A stretch of 64,000 nt of DNA from Pseudomonadota bacterium (GCA_043821645.1 JBDRCO010000022.1:33631-97630); one strand, 5' to 3'; shown: positions 37,627 through 51,181, counted from the stretch's first letter. Program-made: numbers and translations. Notes: generated from the sequence alone by a model not told the origin.

Positions 37627-40600
37627 ATGCGTACGTGGACAAAGTTTGTGATGGGGGCGCTGGCTGCGCTGACAATGGCAGCCTGCGCCGAGCTGAACCC
37701 GGACATCAACCGTGTGCAGCCTCCGTACGAGGCGAAGGCGATCTTCGATGGCAGCTGGTACTTTAGGCGCACGGTCATCGATGCGGCCCCGGGCAACCAG
37801 TGGGTCAGCCAGGGCGATGGTGACTGGGCTGTGATCGAGCGCATCCGCTGGAAGATCACCCAGGGTTTCCTGTACGGCTATCGCGACTGGGAGTATGTGC
37901 CGGGGAGCGAGACCGGCGAGTACGACGGCAGCGACTACTTCGGCTCGCCCGTCGTCATGTACGCCATCAAGGAGCAGTTCGACATCCGCCGCTCCTACAA
38001 CCCGCAGACGGGTGAAGAGACCAACGTCATCGACAAGAACGTCGAGCGACCCTGGAACGAGCGCGAGTACATCGTCGTCGACTGGTCGCAGAACCTGGCC
38101 CCGACCCTGGGCCTGATCAACTGGTACTTCGCGGTGCCCGTGAGCGCCGTGACCAGCAACGCCTACTACGTGCAGGCGCACGAGATCGACAACCCGGATC
38201 GCGCCCGGGTCACCGCCGACAACATCGACATCGTCGGCAAGTACACGGTGTGGCCGGACATCCTGGGCTGCAACTACATGTACGACGCCCCCGACTGCGC
38301 CCCCGGCGAGTTGCATGTGCGCCACAGCTTCGTCAAGCTCGACCCCGACCACGACTACCAGCCCATGGCCTATCCGGACTCGGTGGACCTCGTCGACGCG
38401 GCGGGCGCCTACGTGCGCGATGGCAATGGCCAGGCCGTGCGCATCCCGATCTTCGAGCGCTTCGGCGACTACCGCCTGGATCGCCTGACCTACGACCGCG
38501 ACTACGACGTGACCGAGTCGGGCGTCATGCGCCGCTCCAACCGCTTCAACCTGTGGAAGAAGAGCTTTGACGACCGCGGCCAGCCCATCCCCTACCACCT
38601 GCGCGAGCCGCAACCCGTGGTGTACTACCTCAACGTGGAGTTCCCCGACGACGACAGCATGCCCGCGGACCTGCGCGAGCTGTACAACATGAAGAAGGCC
38701 TCGTACGGCATGGGCGACTGGTGGAACGAGCCCTTCCGCGAGACCGTGGCCATGCTGCGCGTCATGTCGCGCAACGGCACCGAGACCGCGACCCGCGCCG
38801 AGATCGACGCCGAGCTGGCGTCGGGCGGCGTGCCCGAGAAGATGTTCGAGGTCCGCGACAACAGCTGCAACATCGATAATCTCAAGCGCTACGTGGCCGA
38901 TCACCCCGACCTCGAGGACGCGCTGCAGGATCACATCGGCGGCATCGCCATGCTGGACAAGCAGAACCTGCCCCGGGCCTGCACCGTGGTCGAGTCGCTC
39001 ACCGAGGGTCAGGACGACGCCTTCACCTGGCAGCGCCACGGCGACCTCCGCTACAACATGGTGATCTGGGTGCCCAAGCACATGGAGGCCGGCTGGCTGG
39101 GCCTGGGCCCCATGTTCATGGATCCGATCACTGGTGAGACCGTCTCGTCGACCGCACACATCGCCGGCGCCCTGCTGGACACCGCGGTGACCCGCGTCCT
39201 CGACTACGTCGACGCCCTCAACGGCCAGATCGACCCCTTCGACGTCATCACCGGCCAGGACGTCAACCGCCACATCCGCGAGGTGCAGGCGAGCTTGCAC
39301 CGCGAGGCCAGGGCCGGCGCCAGCGACCGCGCCATCGAGGACATGAACCGCCGCTTCCGCCAGCTCGGCGAGGGCCGCGACAACCTGCTCAAGGAGATCT
39401 CTCCCAGCTATGCCAAGTCGCGCCTCGCCCTGGCCAAGGACACGCCCATCGAGGACCTGGTCACCGGCCACGACGACTGGCTGCTTGCCGAGGCCGCGGC
39501 CAACACCCAGATGGGCCAGAACATCGACGCCAGCTCGATGATGGAGCTGGCCAGCCCAGCGCGCGAGTTCCGCCGCGAGATGCCGGCGCGCCGCGAGGCT
39601 CGCAACCGCGAGCTGATGAGCCGCTGCCGCGACTACCCGCCCGAGTTCTTCGACACCGCGCTGCTGCACACCGCTCTGATGATCAAGGACAGACCGCGGG
39701 CCGAGAAGTACGCCATCCTGCGCTATGTGTACTACAAGGCCGTGATCACCCACGAGGTCGGCCACAACATCGGCATGCGCCACAACTTCGCCGGCTCGGC
39801 GGATCCTTTGAACTACGTCAAGGGCTTCTGGGAGATCCAGATGCTCCCCGAGAACCTGCAGGCCGCCAAGACCCAGCTCACCGCCGCCGGTGACAACCGC
39901 GCAGCCCAGGTCGATGCCTGCATCACCGAGCAGGAGCTGCACCCCGAGACCCTGATCGACACCCAGGACTGCCTGGGCGCCAACGAGATGAAGTACTCGT
40001 CGATCATGGACTACACCCACTACAACCCGCTGGGCGACATCGCCGGGCTGGGCATGTACGACTCTGCCTTCGTGTACTTCGTGTACGGCGGCATCCTCGA
40101 GGCCTTCGACGACGGGGCCATCGACCCAACCGTGCTCGGCAACAAGACGATCAAGCAGTGGATCTGGGAGCACGACTACAAGCAGATCCCGACCCTGTTC
40201 CACAACGACATCGACAACATCTACAAGCGCCACTACGTCAAGTACAGCTGGGGCCCATCGCAGACCACACTGCCTGAGCCCGCTTTCACCGTGCCCTACA
40301 AGGTCTGCTACGACGAACGCGCGAACCGCGAGCCCGACTGCCGCCTGTTCGATTACGGCGCCAACCAGACCGAGGTCATGGAGACCGAACTCAACCGCTA
40401 CCACCAGTACTACTACTTCACCCATTTCAATCGCGGCCGCACCAACTACTACTGGTACTGGAACGCGATGGACGTGAGCTGGAACATCCTCAGCCGCGTG
40501 CTGCAGACCTTCCAGTACATGTACTACTTCCGCGCCCAGGACCCGACCTTCTTCGAGAAGGGTGTGGGCCAGGACTACCTGACGGCCTCGCTCATGGGCA

Positions 40601-41754
40601 TCAACCTGTTCAGCGAGGTGCTGGGCACGCCTCCCAACGGCAACTTCCTGGAGCTGGACTCCACGGGCGGCATGCTGGTGTCGTCGATGCGCGACGGCTA
40701 CTGGGTGGTCGAGCCCTCGAGCGAATGGCTGGGCGGCACCACCACCAACCTGCCCTCGGCGGGCGGCTCGGGCGTGATGGTCGAGAAGGGCTTCTTCAAC
40801 GAGTGCGACCAGACTCCGTCGACCAACTACATGAACATCCCCCTCGGCGCGGGCCGGCCCTTCTTCCTGGGCTACAGCTCGGACTACGAGGAGTGGCTGT
40901 TCACCTACGTCGGCAGCTACTTTGACAAGGACACGGCGATCTACCTGCTGGCCTACCCGCAGGCGACCTTCCTGCCCTTCTACTACACCTCGGGCGTGGG
41001 CCAGTACGACCCGCGGACCTACTCGATCAACTTCTTCCGCCTGTTCCGCAAGGAGGTGCTCAATACCTTCTACGGCGTCGTGTCAGGCGACCTGTCGCGC
41101 TTCGCGCCGGTGTTCCGTCGCGATCCCAGCACCAATGACTGGAACTTCGAGCCTCGCAAGCTGGTGGACCTGAGCGGCGAACTGCCCGACTACACCCCGG
41201 GTGGCGACGTCAAGCTGGTGCAGCCCTCGATGGCCTACAACATCCCCTACTCGGCGTTGCTGTACGGCATGGCGCTGATGAACAACCTGCTCGACGGCGA
41301 AGAAGACTTTGCCCATGGCGTCAAGATCGCGGTCAAGGGGCAGGAGGACGACATCGCCGACTTCGATCGCGTCGCGATGTACGACGGTAACGGCGTCAAG
41401 CAGAAGGCCGAGTTCGTGCATCCGCTGACCGGTGTGACCTACAGGGCGCTGCGCTATGGCGAGTCGCCCATCGGCTTCCACATGGTCGAGGAGGCCAACC
41501 GCCGCCTGGCCCGCTGGCGCGAGTTCCAGACCTGTGTCGACGAGCCCGACAACAACAGTGGGCTGTGCGAGTGCACCTACCAGTCACAGGCCGAGGCGGA
41601 CGGCCGCTATGTGTGCCCGGATCGCGAGACCATGGGTTGCATCATGCAGGACCGCACCTTGCGTTCCCAGACCGCCATGGAACTGGTGGAGAGGCAGGTT
41701 GAGCTCATGAACAACCTGCGGCTGTTCCACAACGTGTTCCAGTACAACCTGTGA
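37627..41754 (+). CDS. Giant zinc-dependent metalloprotease lipoprotein (metzincin, EcxA/DUF4953-like), paralog A
   Basis: Lipobox MAAC; DPITGE; HEVGHNIGMRHNF zinc motif (39751-39786); SSIMDY Met-turn. Confidence 0.9.
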   Translation: MRTWTKFVMGALAALTMAACAELNPDINRVQPPYEAKAIFDGSWYFRRTVIDAAPGNQWVSQGDGDWAVIERIRWKITQGFLYGYRDWEYVPGSETGEYDGSDYFGSPVVMYAIKEQFDIRRSYNPQTGEETNVIDKNVERPWNEREYIVVDWSQNLAPTLGLINWYFAVPVSAVTSNAYYVQAHEIDNPDRARVTADNIDIVGKYTVWPDILGCNYMYDAPDCAPGELHVRHSFVKLDPDHDYQPMAYPDSVDLVDAAGAYVRDGNGQAVRIPIFERFGDYRLDRLTYDRDYDVTESGVMRRSNRFNLWKKSFDDRGQPIPYHLREPQPVVYYLNVEFPDDDSMPADLRELYNMKKASYGMGDWWNEPFRETVAMLRVMSRNGTETATRAEIDAELASGGVPEKMFEVRDNSCNIDNLKRYVADHPDLEDALQDHIGGIAMLDKQNLPRACTVVESLTEGQDDAFTWQRHGDLRYNMVIWVPKHMEAGWLGLGPMFMDPITGETVSSTAHIAGALLDTAVTRVLDYVDALNGQIDPFDVITGQDVNRHIREVQASLHREARAGASDRAIEDMNRRFRQLGEGRDNLLKEISPSYAKSRLALAKDTPIEDLVTGHDDWLLAEAAANTQMGQNIDASSMMELASPAREFRREMPARREARNRELMSRCRDYPPEFFDTALLHTALMIKDRPRAEKYAILRYVYYKAVITHEVGHNIGMRHNFAGSADPLNYVKGFWEIQMLPENLQAAKTQLTAAGDNRAAQVDACITEQELHPETLIDTQDCLGANEMKYSSIMDYTHYNPLGDIAGLGMYDSAFVYFVYGGILEAFDDGAIDPTVLGNKTIKQWIWEHDYKQIPTLFHNDIDNIYKRHYVKYSWGPSQTTLPEPAFTVPYKVCYDERANREPDCRLFDYGANQTEVMETELNRYHQYYYFTHFNRGRTNYYWYWNAMDVSWNILSRVLQTFQYMYYFRAQDPTFFEKGVGQDYLTASLMGINLFSEVLGTPPNGNFLELDSTGGMLVSSMRDGYWVVEPSSEWLGGTTTNLPSAGGSGVMVEKGFFNECDQTPSTNYMNIPLGAGRPFFLGYSSDYEEWLFTYVGSYFDKDTAIYLLAYPQATFLPFYYTSGVGQYDPRTYSINFFRLFRKEVLNTFYGVVSGDLSRFAPVFRRDPSTNDWNFEPRKLVDLSGELPDYTPGGDVKLVQPSMAYNIPYSALLYGMALMNNLLDGEEDFAHGVKIAVKGQEDDIADFDRVAMYDGNGVKQKAEFVHPLTGVTYRALRYGESPIGFHMVEEANRRLARWREFQTCVDEPDNNSGLCECTYQSQAEADGRYVCPDRETMGCIMQDRTLRSQTAMELVERQVELMNNLRLFHNVFQYNL

Positions 41755-41782
41755 CGACCAGGCAGTGAAAAGGAGAGAGACC

Positions 41783-44700
41783 ATGCGCTCTATTATCAAG
41801 ACGACAAGCGCTCTTTCCGGCCTCCTCGCCGCAGCCCTGGTTGGCAGCTGCGCGCAGGAGATCGGTGACATCAATCGTGTCCAGCCTGACTATGTGAAGA
41901 AGGCGGACCTCGACGGTGAGTGGTATTTCAAGCCCACCATCACCGAGTCCCAGTACAACCAGGGCATGTTGTTCGAGGGCTGGGAAGGTCAGATGGAGAA
42001 GATCCGGTGGGAGGTCCAGGAGGACGTCCTGCTCGGATACCGCAGCTACGAGGTCAACCCGCCCCTCGACGGCGAGGAGGGTCACGGCGCCGAGGGCCTG
42101 GACAATCCAGGGAGCAACAGCCCCATCGTTGGCTTCAGGATCGTGAGCCACTTCGACATCCGCCGGCAGTACAACCCGACCACCGGCATCGAGAACAACA
42201 TCCTCGAGGAGAACACCTCGGACCGCCCCTGGTGGGAACGCGACTACATGCGCGTGGACTGGTCCACCAGCGTCGTCGACAATCCCTTCGACATCGGCGG
42301 CTTTGCCACGGCGTACTACTCGGATTACCGGGAATACGTCAGCGAAACCTGGGAGACCGACCCCAACCGGCTGCGCGTGAGCCCCAGCTACATCGACTTC
42401 GTCATCAACATCGGCATGACCGTCGACCTGGAGACCTGCTACTACGAGTTCCAGGACAACCTCGACTGGTGCGGCGCCAGCGAGGGCAAGATGCGCATGA
42501 GCTTCCGCAAGGTTGGCGACATCGACGCCTACCAGCCGCTGGAGTACCCGGACTACCTGCCCGTGCAGTACCGCGAGCGTTACCGGGACACCCGCTCGGG
42601 CCTGCCTTGCGATCCCTCGGCCACCGAGTACCAGGGTAACAACTTCTGCAGCTACATCGGACTGTGCCTGCCCAACACCTCGGCGGACGACGACCCCTTC
42701 TGCCGCCCCGAGGCGCATGATCTGTACGTGTCGTATGACGGCTACATCTGCGACGACGACTTCAACCCGGATGACTGCTACCAGTATTCCATCGGGGTGT
42801 TCGAGACCTACGGCTACTTCCGCACCATCCGCTATCGCTACGACGCGACGCGCGGCTACCTGCTCGACGGTCGCCAGATGCTGATCAACCGCTGGAACCT
42901 GTGGGAGAAGTCCTTCGACGCGAACGGCGTCGTCATCCCCTACGCCGATCGCAAGACCAAGCCCGTGGTGTACTACACCAGCACCTCGTTCCCCGAGTGG
43001 CTGCGCCCCTCGGCCGATCGCTTCATCAACCAGTGGGACGTGGCCTTCCGCCAGACCGTGGCCACCCTGCGCGGTCTCGAGTACGACCACAACAACCCGG
43101 ACGACGTGCGGGCCAAGGTGCCGGAGCGCATGTTCGAGCTCAGGCGCAACAGCTGCAACCCGGACAACATCAAGGCCTACGCCAACAAGCACGACCTGGT
43201 CGACGTCATCGAGCGCGTGGCCGGCAGCATCGACGACATCGCCGATGGCAACATCGAGCGCGTGTGCGCGGCCCTCGAGTACCAGTCCCGCAACCTCGAC
43301 GAACCCTTCGATTGGCAGCGTCACGGCGACCTGCGCTACTCGATGATCAACTGGGTCGACACCCCGCAGATCGTGGGCCCCCTGGGCTACGGACCCTCGT
43401 CCGCGGACCCCGAGACCGGCGAGATCGTCAACTCCAACGCCAACATTTATGGCGCGGCGATGTACACCTGGACCAAGCGCTACGCGGACATCATCTCGCT
43501 CATCAATGGCGACATCAGCGAGAGTGACGTCGAGGGTGGCGAGTACATCCGCGAGGCCATCGAGGCCAGCCGCGGCCACCGCACCGACTCGCTGAGCATG
43601 AGCGAGGTCGCCGCGGTGATGAACCAGGTCGACCAGGTCATGGCCGAGTCCAGCGGCGAGGACTACCTGCCGCAGGTGCCCCCGGGCGAGCACGAGCGAC
43701 GCATGCGCCAGATCGATGGCACGGGCCTCGACCGCGAGCTGCTCACCAATGACGAGACACTGCGCGGCCTGGCCGGCCCGAAGTTCTATCAGCCCGGTCA
43801 GCCCGTCACCGAGGATGCCTACAACAAGGCCCGGCCCTCGCGCCTGGCGGCACATTCGGCCCCCGCCCTGTTCCAGCCCGGACGCGGCGACCATGTCGCG
43901 CTGAACAGCACCCTGGCCAACGAGGAGCGCCTGGTGCACTTCTTCGCCAGCCGCAATGTCATGCTGCCCAACGCCTTCAACGAGCCCGCCATGATAGGCA
44001 TGGCGCACGACCTCAAGGGCAAGAGCCGCGACGAGGTGCACCGGTACCTGATGGACGCGGCCTTCGAGTCCGTCGCCGGGCACGAAGTGGGGCACACCAT
44101 CGGTCTGCGCCACAACTTCGCGGGCTCCACCGATGCCATGAACTTCTTCCCCGAGTTCTGGGCCATCAAGAGTCTGGACACGGACCCGGCCACCGCCCTG
44201 ACCCAGATCGACAACGTGGACTGGGTGCTGCCGGCCAAGCTGGCCGAGATGAAGCAGCGCCTGAACCGCTGCGTGGGTTCTGGCCTGAACACGCAGGAGT
44301 GCCTGCGCATCACCGAGTACATGTACTCGTCCATCATGGATTACGGCCAGCGCATCAACCACGACATCAGCGGCATCGGCATGTGGGACTACGCGGCCAT
44401 CAAGTTCGGCTATGGCCAGATCATGGAAGCCTACGACGAGCGCCAGGGTGACTTCCTCACCGACGAGTACGAGATGAGCTACCTGCTGGGCCTGATGGAC
44501 TACAGCGACATCCCCGTCGCGATGTCGGGCACCGACATGGATGCCGTGTTCTGGGCCGCCCGCAATGCCGTGGGCGACGCCGAGACCCAGGTGGTGACGC
44601 TGCCCCGCCCCTGCGCGTGGAACGAGGCCGCGGGCACCGATGGCTGCCGCACACCGGGGTATGCCAACATCTACAAGCGCCGCGACGTCATGTTCGGGGA

Positions 44701-46066
44701 CTACGTCAACGACTACATCGCGGACCTGTTCCTGTCGAACTACGACCAGAAGATCCGCAACGTCGAGTACGCCTACTGCTCCGACACCTTCGCCTGGGGC
44801 GGCAACCTGTACTGCAACCTGTGGGACCTGGGCGCCAACGTCACGGAGATCGTGACCAACGCGCGCCAGCTCTACGACTACTACTACCTGTTCAACAACT
44901 TCAAGAACGACCGCTTTGGCTGGGGCAGCGTCAATAGCTACCTGGCGCGCCTGGATCAGCGCACCCTGACGCCCATCAAGTATTCGTTCAACTACTACTA
45001 CTACTACCGCAACTCGCAGGCCCGCATGTGGCCCATGATCCAGGACTGGGCGCACGCCGCCTTCGACGGCCTCAACTTCCTGGGTCAGATCCTGCAGACC
45101 CCGGAGCCGGGCACCTTCTGCCTGGAGAGCAGCCTGAACACCTACACCCGCCAGCGGGGCGCGACCTGCGCCAGTGGCGACTCGATCACCGTCGGCCTGG
45201 GCCAGGGCCGCTACTACAACTCGCGCTGGTCGCAGGAGTACTTCTACAAGCCCCTGGTCATCGGTAACTTCTGGGACAAGATCCTGGCCATCGGCACCAT
45301 GACCGACTCGTCGGCCTACTTCTACCGCAACTTCGCCGACGTGTTCGACCGTGGTTCGTTCAGCATCACCTACTACCGCGTGTTCACCGACGAGATGATC
45401 CAGCTGTTCAAGGGCATGATGAATGGTGACTACGAGAGCTACGCCAGCGAGGTGCAGACGGTGGACGGCAAGCCCACCGTGGTGCCGCGCCGCATCGTGG
45501 GTCAGACCACGACCTCGGGGACACCCGCGCCCATGATCATGCCGGGGCAGAACTACTTCCTGAAGTTCTACTCCATGTACAACGCCGTGTTCGGCCTGAC
45601 CTCGACCGTGGACCGCCACCTCGACTTCATGGACCGCACCCGCGTGCACCTGGTCGGCGAGGTCAACGAGCCCAGCTACGACGGCTATGACCCGGCCGAG
45701 CTGGCGACCTTCATAGATCCGCGCACCAACTACACCTACCGCGCGGCTCCCATCGACGCCCTGCGCGACCCGCTCACGGGAGACATCATCGATACCAGCC
45801 GCTCCATCGGCTACGAGTACCTGGTCGATGCCAATGATTTCGTGGCGACGTCCTGGCAGCCGAGCAAGGACGCCCTGGACGCGGCGCAGACCGCCTGCGA
45901 CGCGGACCCCGAGTGCGATCTGGACCACCCGGACAATGCCACCTGGCAGGCTCTGGGTACCGCGGACATGAACTTCGCCGCGGTCGACGGCCAGCTCACG
46001 GACCGCATCGAGAACCTCGATGTGCTGCGCATGTTCGTGAACGAGCTGCCCTACTCGAACCTGTAA
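41783..46066 (+). CDS. Giant zinc-dependent metalloprotease lipoprotein (metzincin, EcxA/DUF4953-like), paralog B
   Basis: Lipobox VGSC; DPETGE; HEVGHTIGLRHNF (44081-44119); SSIMDY; shares DINRVQP, FDIRR.YNP.TG and WQRHGDLRY with paralog A; AGGAG RBS. Confidence 0.9.
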   Translation: MRSIIKTTSALSGLLAAALVGSCAQEIGDINRVQPDYVKKADLDGEWYFKPTITESQYNQGMLFEGWEGQMEKIRWEVQEDVLLGYRSYEVNPPLDGEEGHGAEGLDNPGSNSPIVGFRIVSHFDIRRQYNPTTGIENNILEENTSDRPWWERDYMRVDWSTSVVDNPFDIGGFATAYYSDYREYVSETWETDPNRLRVSPSYIDFVINIGMTVDLETCYYEFQDNLDWCGASEGKMRMSFRKVGDIDAYQPLEYPDYLPVQYRERYRDTRSGLPCDPSATEYQGNNFCSYIGLCLPNTSADDDPFCRPEAHDLYVSYDGYICDDDFNPDDCYQYSIGVFETYGYFRTIRYRYDATRGYLLDGRQMLINRWNLWEKSFDANGVVIPYADRKTKPVVYYTSTSFPEWLRPSADRFINQWDVAFRQTVATLRGLEYDHNNPDDVRAKVPERMFELRRNSCNPDNIKAYANKHDLVDVIERVAGSIDDIADGNIERVCAALEYQSRNLDEPFDWQRHGDLRYSMINWVDTPQIVGPLGYGPSSADPETGEIVNSNANIYGAAMYTWTKRYADIISLINGDISESDVEGGEYIREAIEASRGHRTDSLSMSEVAAVMNQVDQVMAESSGEDYLPQVPPGEHERRMRQIDGTGLDRELLTNDETLRGLAGPKFYQPGQPVTEDAYNKARPSRLAAHSAPALFQPGRGDHVALNSTLANEERLVHFFASRNVMLPNAFNEPAMIGMAHDLKGKSRDEVHRYLMDAAFESVAGHEVGHTIGLRHNFAGSTDAMNFFPEFWAIKSLDTDPATALTQIDNVDWVLPAKLAEMKQRLNRCVGSGLNTQECLRITEYMYSSIMDYGQRINHDISGIGMWDYAAIKFGYGQIMEAYDERQGDFLTDEYEMSYLLGLMDYSDIPVAMSGTDMDAVFWAARNAVGDAETQVVTLPRPCAWNEAAGTDGCRTPGYANIYKRRDVMFGDYVNDYIADLFLSNYDQKIRNVEYAYCSDTFAWGGNLYCNLWDLGANVTEIVTNARQLYDYYYLFNNFKNDRFGWGSVNSYLARLDQRTLTPIKYSFNYYYYYRNSQARMWPMIQDWAHAAFDGLNFLGQILQTPEPGTFCLESSLNTYTRQRGATCASGDSITVGLGQGRYYNSRWSQEYFYKPLVIGNFWDKILAIGTMTDSSAYFYRNFADVFDRGSFSITYYRVFTDEMIQLFKGMMNGDYESYASEVQTVDGKPTVVPRRIVGQTTTSGTPAPMIMPGQNYFLKFYSMYNAVFGLTSTVDRHLDFMDRTRVHLVGEVNEPSYDGYDPAELATFIDPRTNYTYRAAPIDALRDPLTGDIIDTSRSIGYEYLVDANDFVATSWQPSKDALDAAQTACDADPECDLDHPDNATWQALGTADMNFAAVDGQLTDRIENLDVLRMFVNELPYSNL

Positions 46067-46100
46067 GACCCTCTCCCGACCTCCCCGCACAAGATTCTTC

Positions 46101-46135
46101 CCACGGTCCGCGCAAGCGGGCCGTGGATCCCTTTT
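46101..46135 (+). terminator. Terminator-like hairpin closing the metalloprotease operon
   Basis: CCACGGTCCGC-GCAA-GCGGGCCGTGG stem with a GNRA loop, followed by a short pyrimidine/T tract. Confidence 0.65.
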
Positions 46136-46227
46136 CCTCCACCACCAGACCACCTGGAGCCCTGCCCTGCCGGTGCAGATGCCGACTCCCGCTCGGCTCC
46201 CCCCTTTCGGGCCGCGCTCCGAGTGTA

Positions 46228-46257
46228 CTGACGACCCAGACACGCGCCTGCTACACT
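46228..46257 (+). promoter_or_regulatory. Sigma-70-type extended -10 promoter
   Basis: CTGACG-N18-TACACT with TG upstream of the -10; the same CTGCTACACTGG occurs on the minus strand near 56180-56191. Confidence 0.45.
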
Positions 46258-46285
46258 GGGGCTTCCTTCGCACGGGAGTCATCGC

Positions 46286-48043
46286 GTGGCGCACCGCCTT
46301 CGAGCTGCCAAGAAATCAGACGACGCGACCAACACCATGGTTCAGGCGTTGTGTTCGGCACTGGCGGTGAACGTGGGAGGTGGACCCTGGCGAGCGGAAC
46401 GCGTGCTGCGAGAAACGTCCTGCCACACGTTCCGGGCTCGAGCCAGCCGCCAGTCCGACAGGCTGGTCCGCCTGACCCGTGATCGGAGTCTGCTGGAGCA
46501 GGAGGCGCCTGCACTGCGGGTGGTTGCGCGCACCCACCTCGCCCTCGAGCCGCAGGCCACGCTGAAGCTCGACGAGCCCGGGGACCTCCATGCAGGTGTC
46601 TACGGCGCACACGGCGTGCTGGAGCTGGTGACGGAGCCCGACCTTTCGGACCTGGCTGCCCTCTTTGCCACCCTGCACGACATGCCCACCCTGGGCCTGA
46701 TGCGCTCCTTTCCCGTTCAGGACAAGCCAGGTGTGCTCGTGGTGCTGCAGCGCCTGGTGGAGCAGCAACGCAGCTACCTGCACCAGCGCGAGTGGGACGG
46801 GCTCCCCCAGGACATGCTCGCCCTGCAGCTTGCCGATCTCGGACGCGTGGTCCGGCGCTACGTTGTGGCGCAAGAGCACCATTGCCAGCCTCATCCCCGG
46901 CGCGCGCTGTGTCACGGTGCGGCCTCGCCCTCGACGCTGGTGCGCGATCGCGAGGGCCTGCACCTGGTGGGTTGGGAGCACGCGCGCATCGGGGATGCGG
47001 CCCGCGACCTGGCGCAGTACGCGGTGGCCGCGGGACTGAGCGAGGACGGAGAGGCAAGGCTGCTCGAGCTGTACCTCGATTCCCGGGCACAGCCCGATCA
47101 CCGTTTCATCCCCCGCTACCATGCCCATCGGGAGCTGGTGGTGCTGGAGCGGCCCGTGCTGCGTCTGCTGCGGCTGTATCGCATCAAGCGCCAGGGTTCC
47201 CCGGTGATCGACTCCGTGCTCGAGGTGCTCAGGCGCGAGGTGGAGTTGGCCACCCACGAACTCGCCACGGCGCTCACCGCCCTGAATGCCTTCGTGGGGC
47301 GCGGCCGACCCATCGCACCACGGGACGTGGCATCCATGGGCCGGCTGGTCACCCACGAGGAGTTCCTGCTGGGCGACGTCGATCGGATCCTGGCGGTCGA
47401 GGGCGCATCGTACACGGGAAAGACACCCACAGCCTCGCTGCTCGCCACGCGACTTCACGCCACCTACCTCAATCCAGCGGTGCTGGTGCGGACCGGTCTG
47501 GCCCTGGGCGGGCCGGGCTGGCGACCCGCAGACCTGGCTCAGGTGCTTGCCGTGCTGGATTCGCACGAGGTGGAGGTCGAGGCCCTGGCACAAGCTCCGT
47601 ACTATCGCGTTCACGTCGACGGCGAGGACCTGACAGAGGCTGCACGGGAGCCCGAGCTGTATCCGGCACAGCGACGCTTCTTTCAGGACGAGGCCAACCA
47701 CGCGCTGCTGCGCACCTGGTTGGGGAACCACCTGAAGGGCCGCGTGGTCCTGGATGGCGAGCAACTCGATGGATTGCTGGGCCCCGCGGTCCGCCGCGTG
47801 TTTCTGACCTGCGACGACGAGGTGCGCGAGCAACGGCGCCAGGAGCACGTGGCGGACGGCGCCGCGGATCTTGCCCTGGACCCCTCGCCGCGGATCCCGG
47901 ACAGCGCTCTGGTGATCGACAGCAGCCGCAGTGAACCCGCGCAGACAGCCCTCAACGTGATCCAGGCCTTGCTCTCGGAGACCCAGCGCGCCGAGATCCT
48001 GGTCGCTGACTTCACCGGGCGCCGCCCGCTGTTTGAGAGGTGA
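46286..48043 (+). CDS. Fusion of a degenerate APH/choline-kinase-like phosphotransferase and a cytidylate-kinase-like domain
   Basis: LCHGAASPSTLV...VGWEHARIGDAARDLA (APH fold, catalytic D/N/D missing); ILAVEGASYTGKT, V.VDGEDLT..., VFLTC..EVR..RR and ALVIDSS align with Cmk; GGGAG RBS with GTG start. Confidence 0.75.
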   Translation: MAHRLRAAKKSDDATNTMVQALCSALAVNVGGGPWRAERVLRETSCHTFRARASRQSDRLVRLTRDRSLLEQEAPALRVVARTHLALEPQATLKLDEPGDLHAGVYGAHGVLELVTEPDLSDLAALFATLHDMPTLGLMRSFPVQDKPGVLVVLQRLVEQQRSYLHQREWDGLPQDMLALQLADLGRVVRRYVVAQEHHCQPHPRRALCHGAASPSTLVRDREGLHLVGWEHARIGDAARDLAQYAVAAGLSEDGEARLLELYLDSRAQPDHRFIPRYHAHRELVVLERPVLRLLRLYRIKRQGSPVIDSVLEVLRREVELATHELATALTALNAFVGRGRPIAPRDVASMGRLVTHEEFLLGDVDRILAVEGASYTGKTPTASLLATRLHATYLNPAVLVRTGLALGGPGWRPADLAQVLAVLDSHEVEVEALAQAPYYRVHVDGEDLTEAAREPELYPAQRRFFQDEANHALLRTWLGNHLKGRVVLDGEQLDGLLGPAVRRVFLTCDDEVREQRRQEHVADGAADLALDPSPRIPDSALVIDSSRSEPAQTALNVIQALLSETQRAEILVADFTGRRPLFER

Positions 48044-48577
48044 CCGTGTCCCAGGTGCTCGAGCAACTCGCGCCTGCGATCTCCGAGGTCTCACCGGTCG
48101 AACTCCTCGGTTGTGAGCTGGTAGCGCGTGCACATCTCGAGGGGAAGCGGATCGTGGTCACCTTCCGCAGTCCTTATGAGCTCTTCGTCGCCATGGACGG
48201 AATCGCCGTGATGCCGAGGCCACGTCCGGAGCAACGGCGTGCGCTTGCCTTTGCCTCGCGGCGATTGCCCTCCCTGTACACGGCACTAGGTGAAACCGAA
48301 GCCCTCGTGCTGATCGAGGAACAGGATCATCGTTTCACCGCGGTCGACCTGTTTGACCGCGCTGCCGGGCGTTACCTGTCCCATGAGCACCTGCTGACGC
48401 GCACCGAGCGCCTGGAGCTGCAGCGGCCCACCTTCGTGGCACTGGGCGCACCAAGCCACGAGGGCGAGCTGCGGCACCTCGTCGAGTCCCTGCCTATCGT
48501 TGGGCCTCGGGTGGAGCTGCGCAGCCAGGATGAGGGCTACCTGCTCGCGCGCGCGGTGGTCGATGTGTCGGTGCGGG

Positions 48578-48588
<11 letters not shown>
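48040..48588 (+). CDS. Degenerate RNA-ligase-family (nucleotidyltransferase fold) protein
   Basis: HLEG at the KxDG position; LYTALG, F..VDLFDR..GRYLS and V.LR..DEG.L.ARA match small bacterial RNA ligase family patterns; GTGA overlap with the upstream gene. Confidence 0.6.

Positions 48589-51181
<2,593 letters not shown>

Noticed and set aside
41705-46294. 1529-aa minus-strand ORF (likewise 37540..40425 minus)
   Set aside because: Antisense shadow of the metzincin genes. Strong GC3 bias removes stops on the opposite strand, and the translation is V/G/A/D-rich with no motifs.
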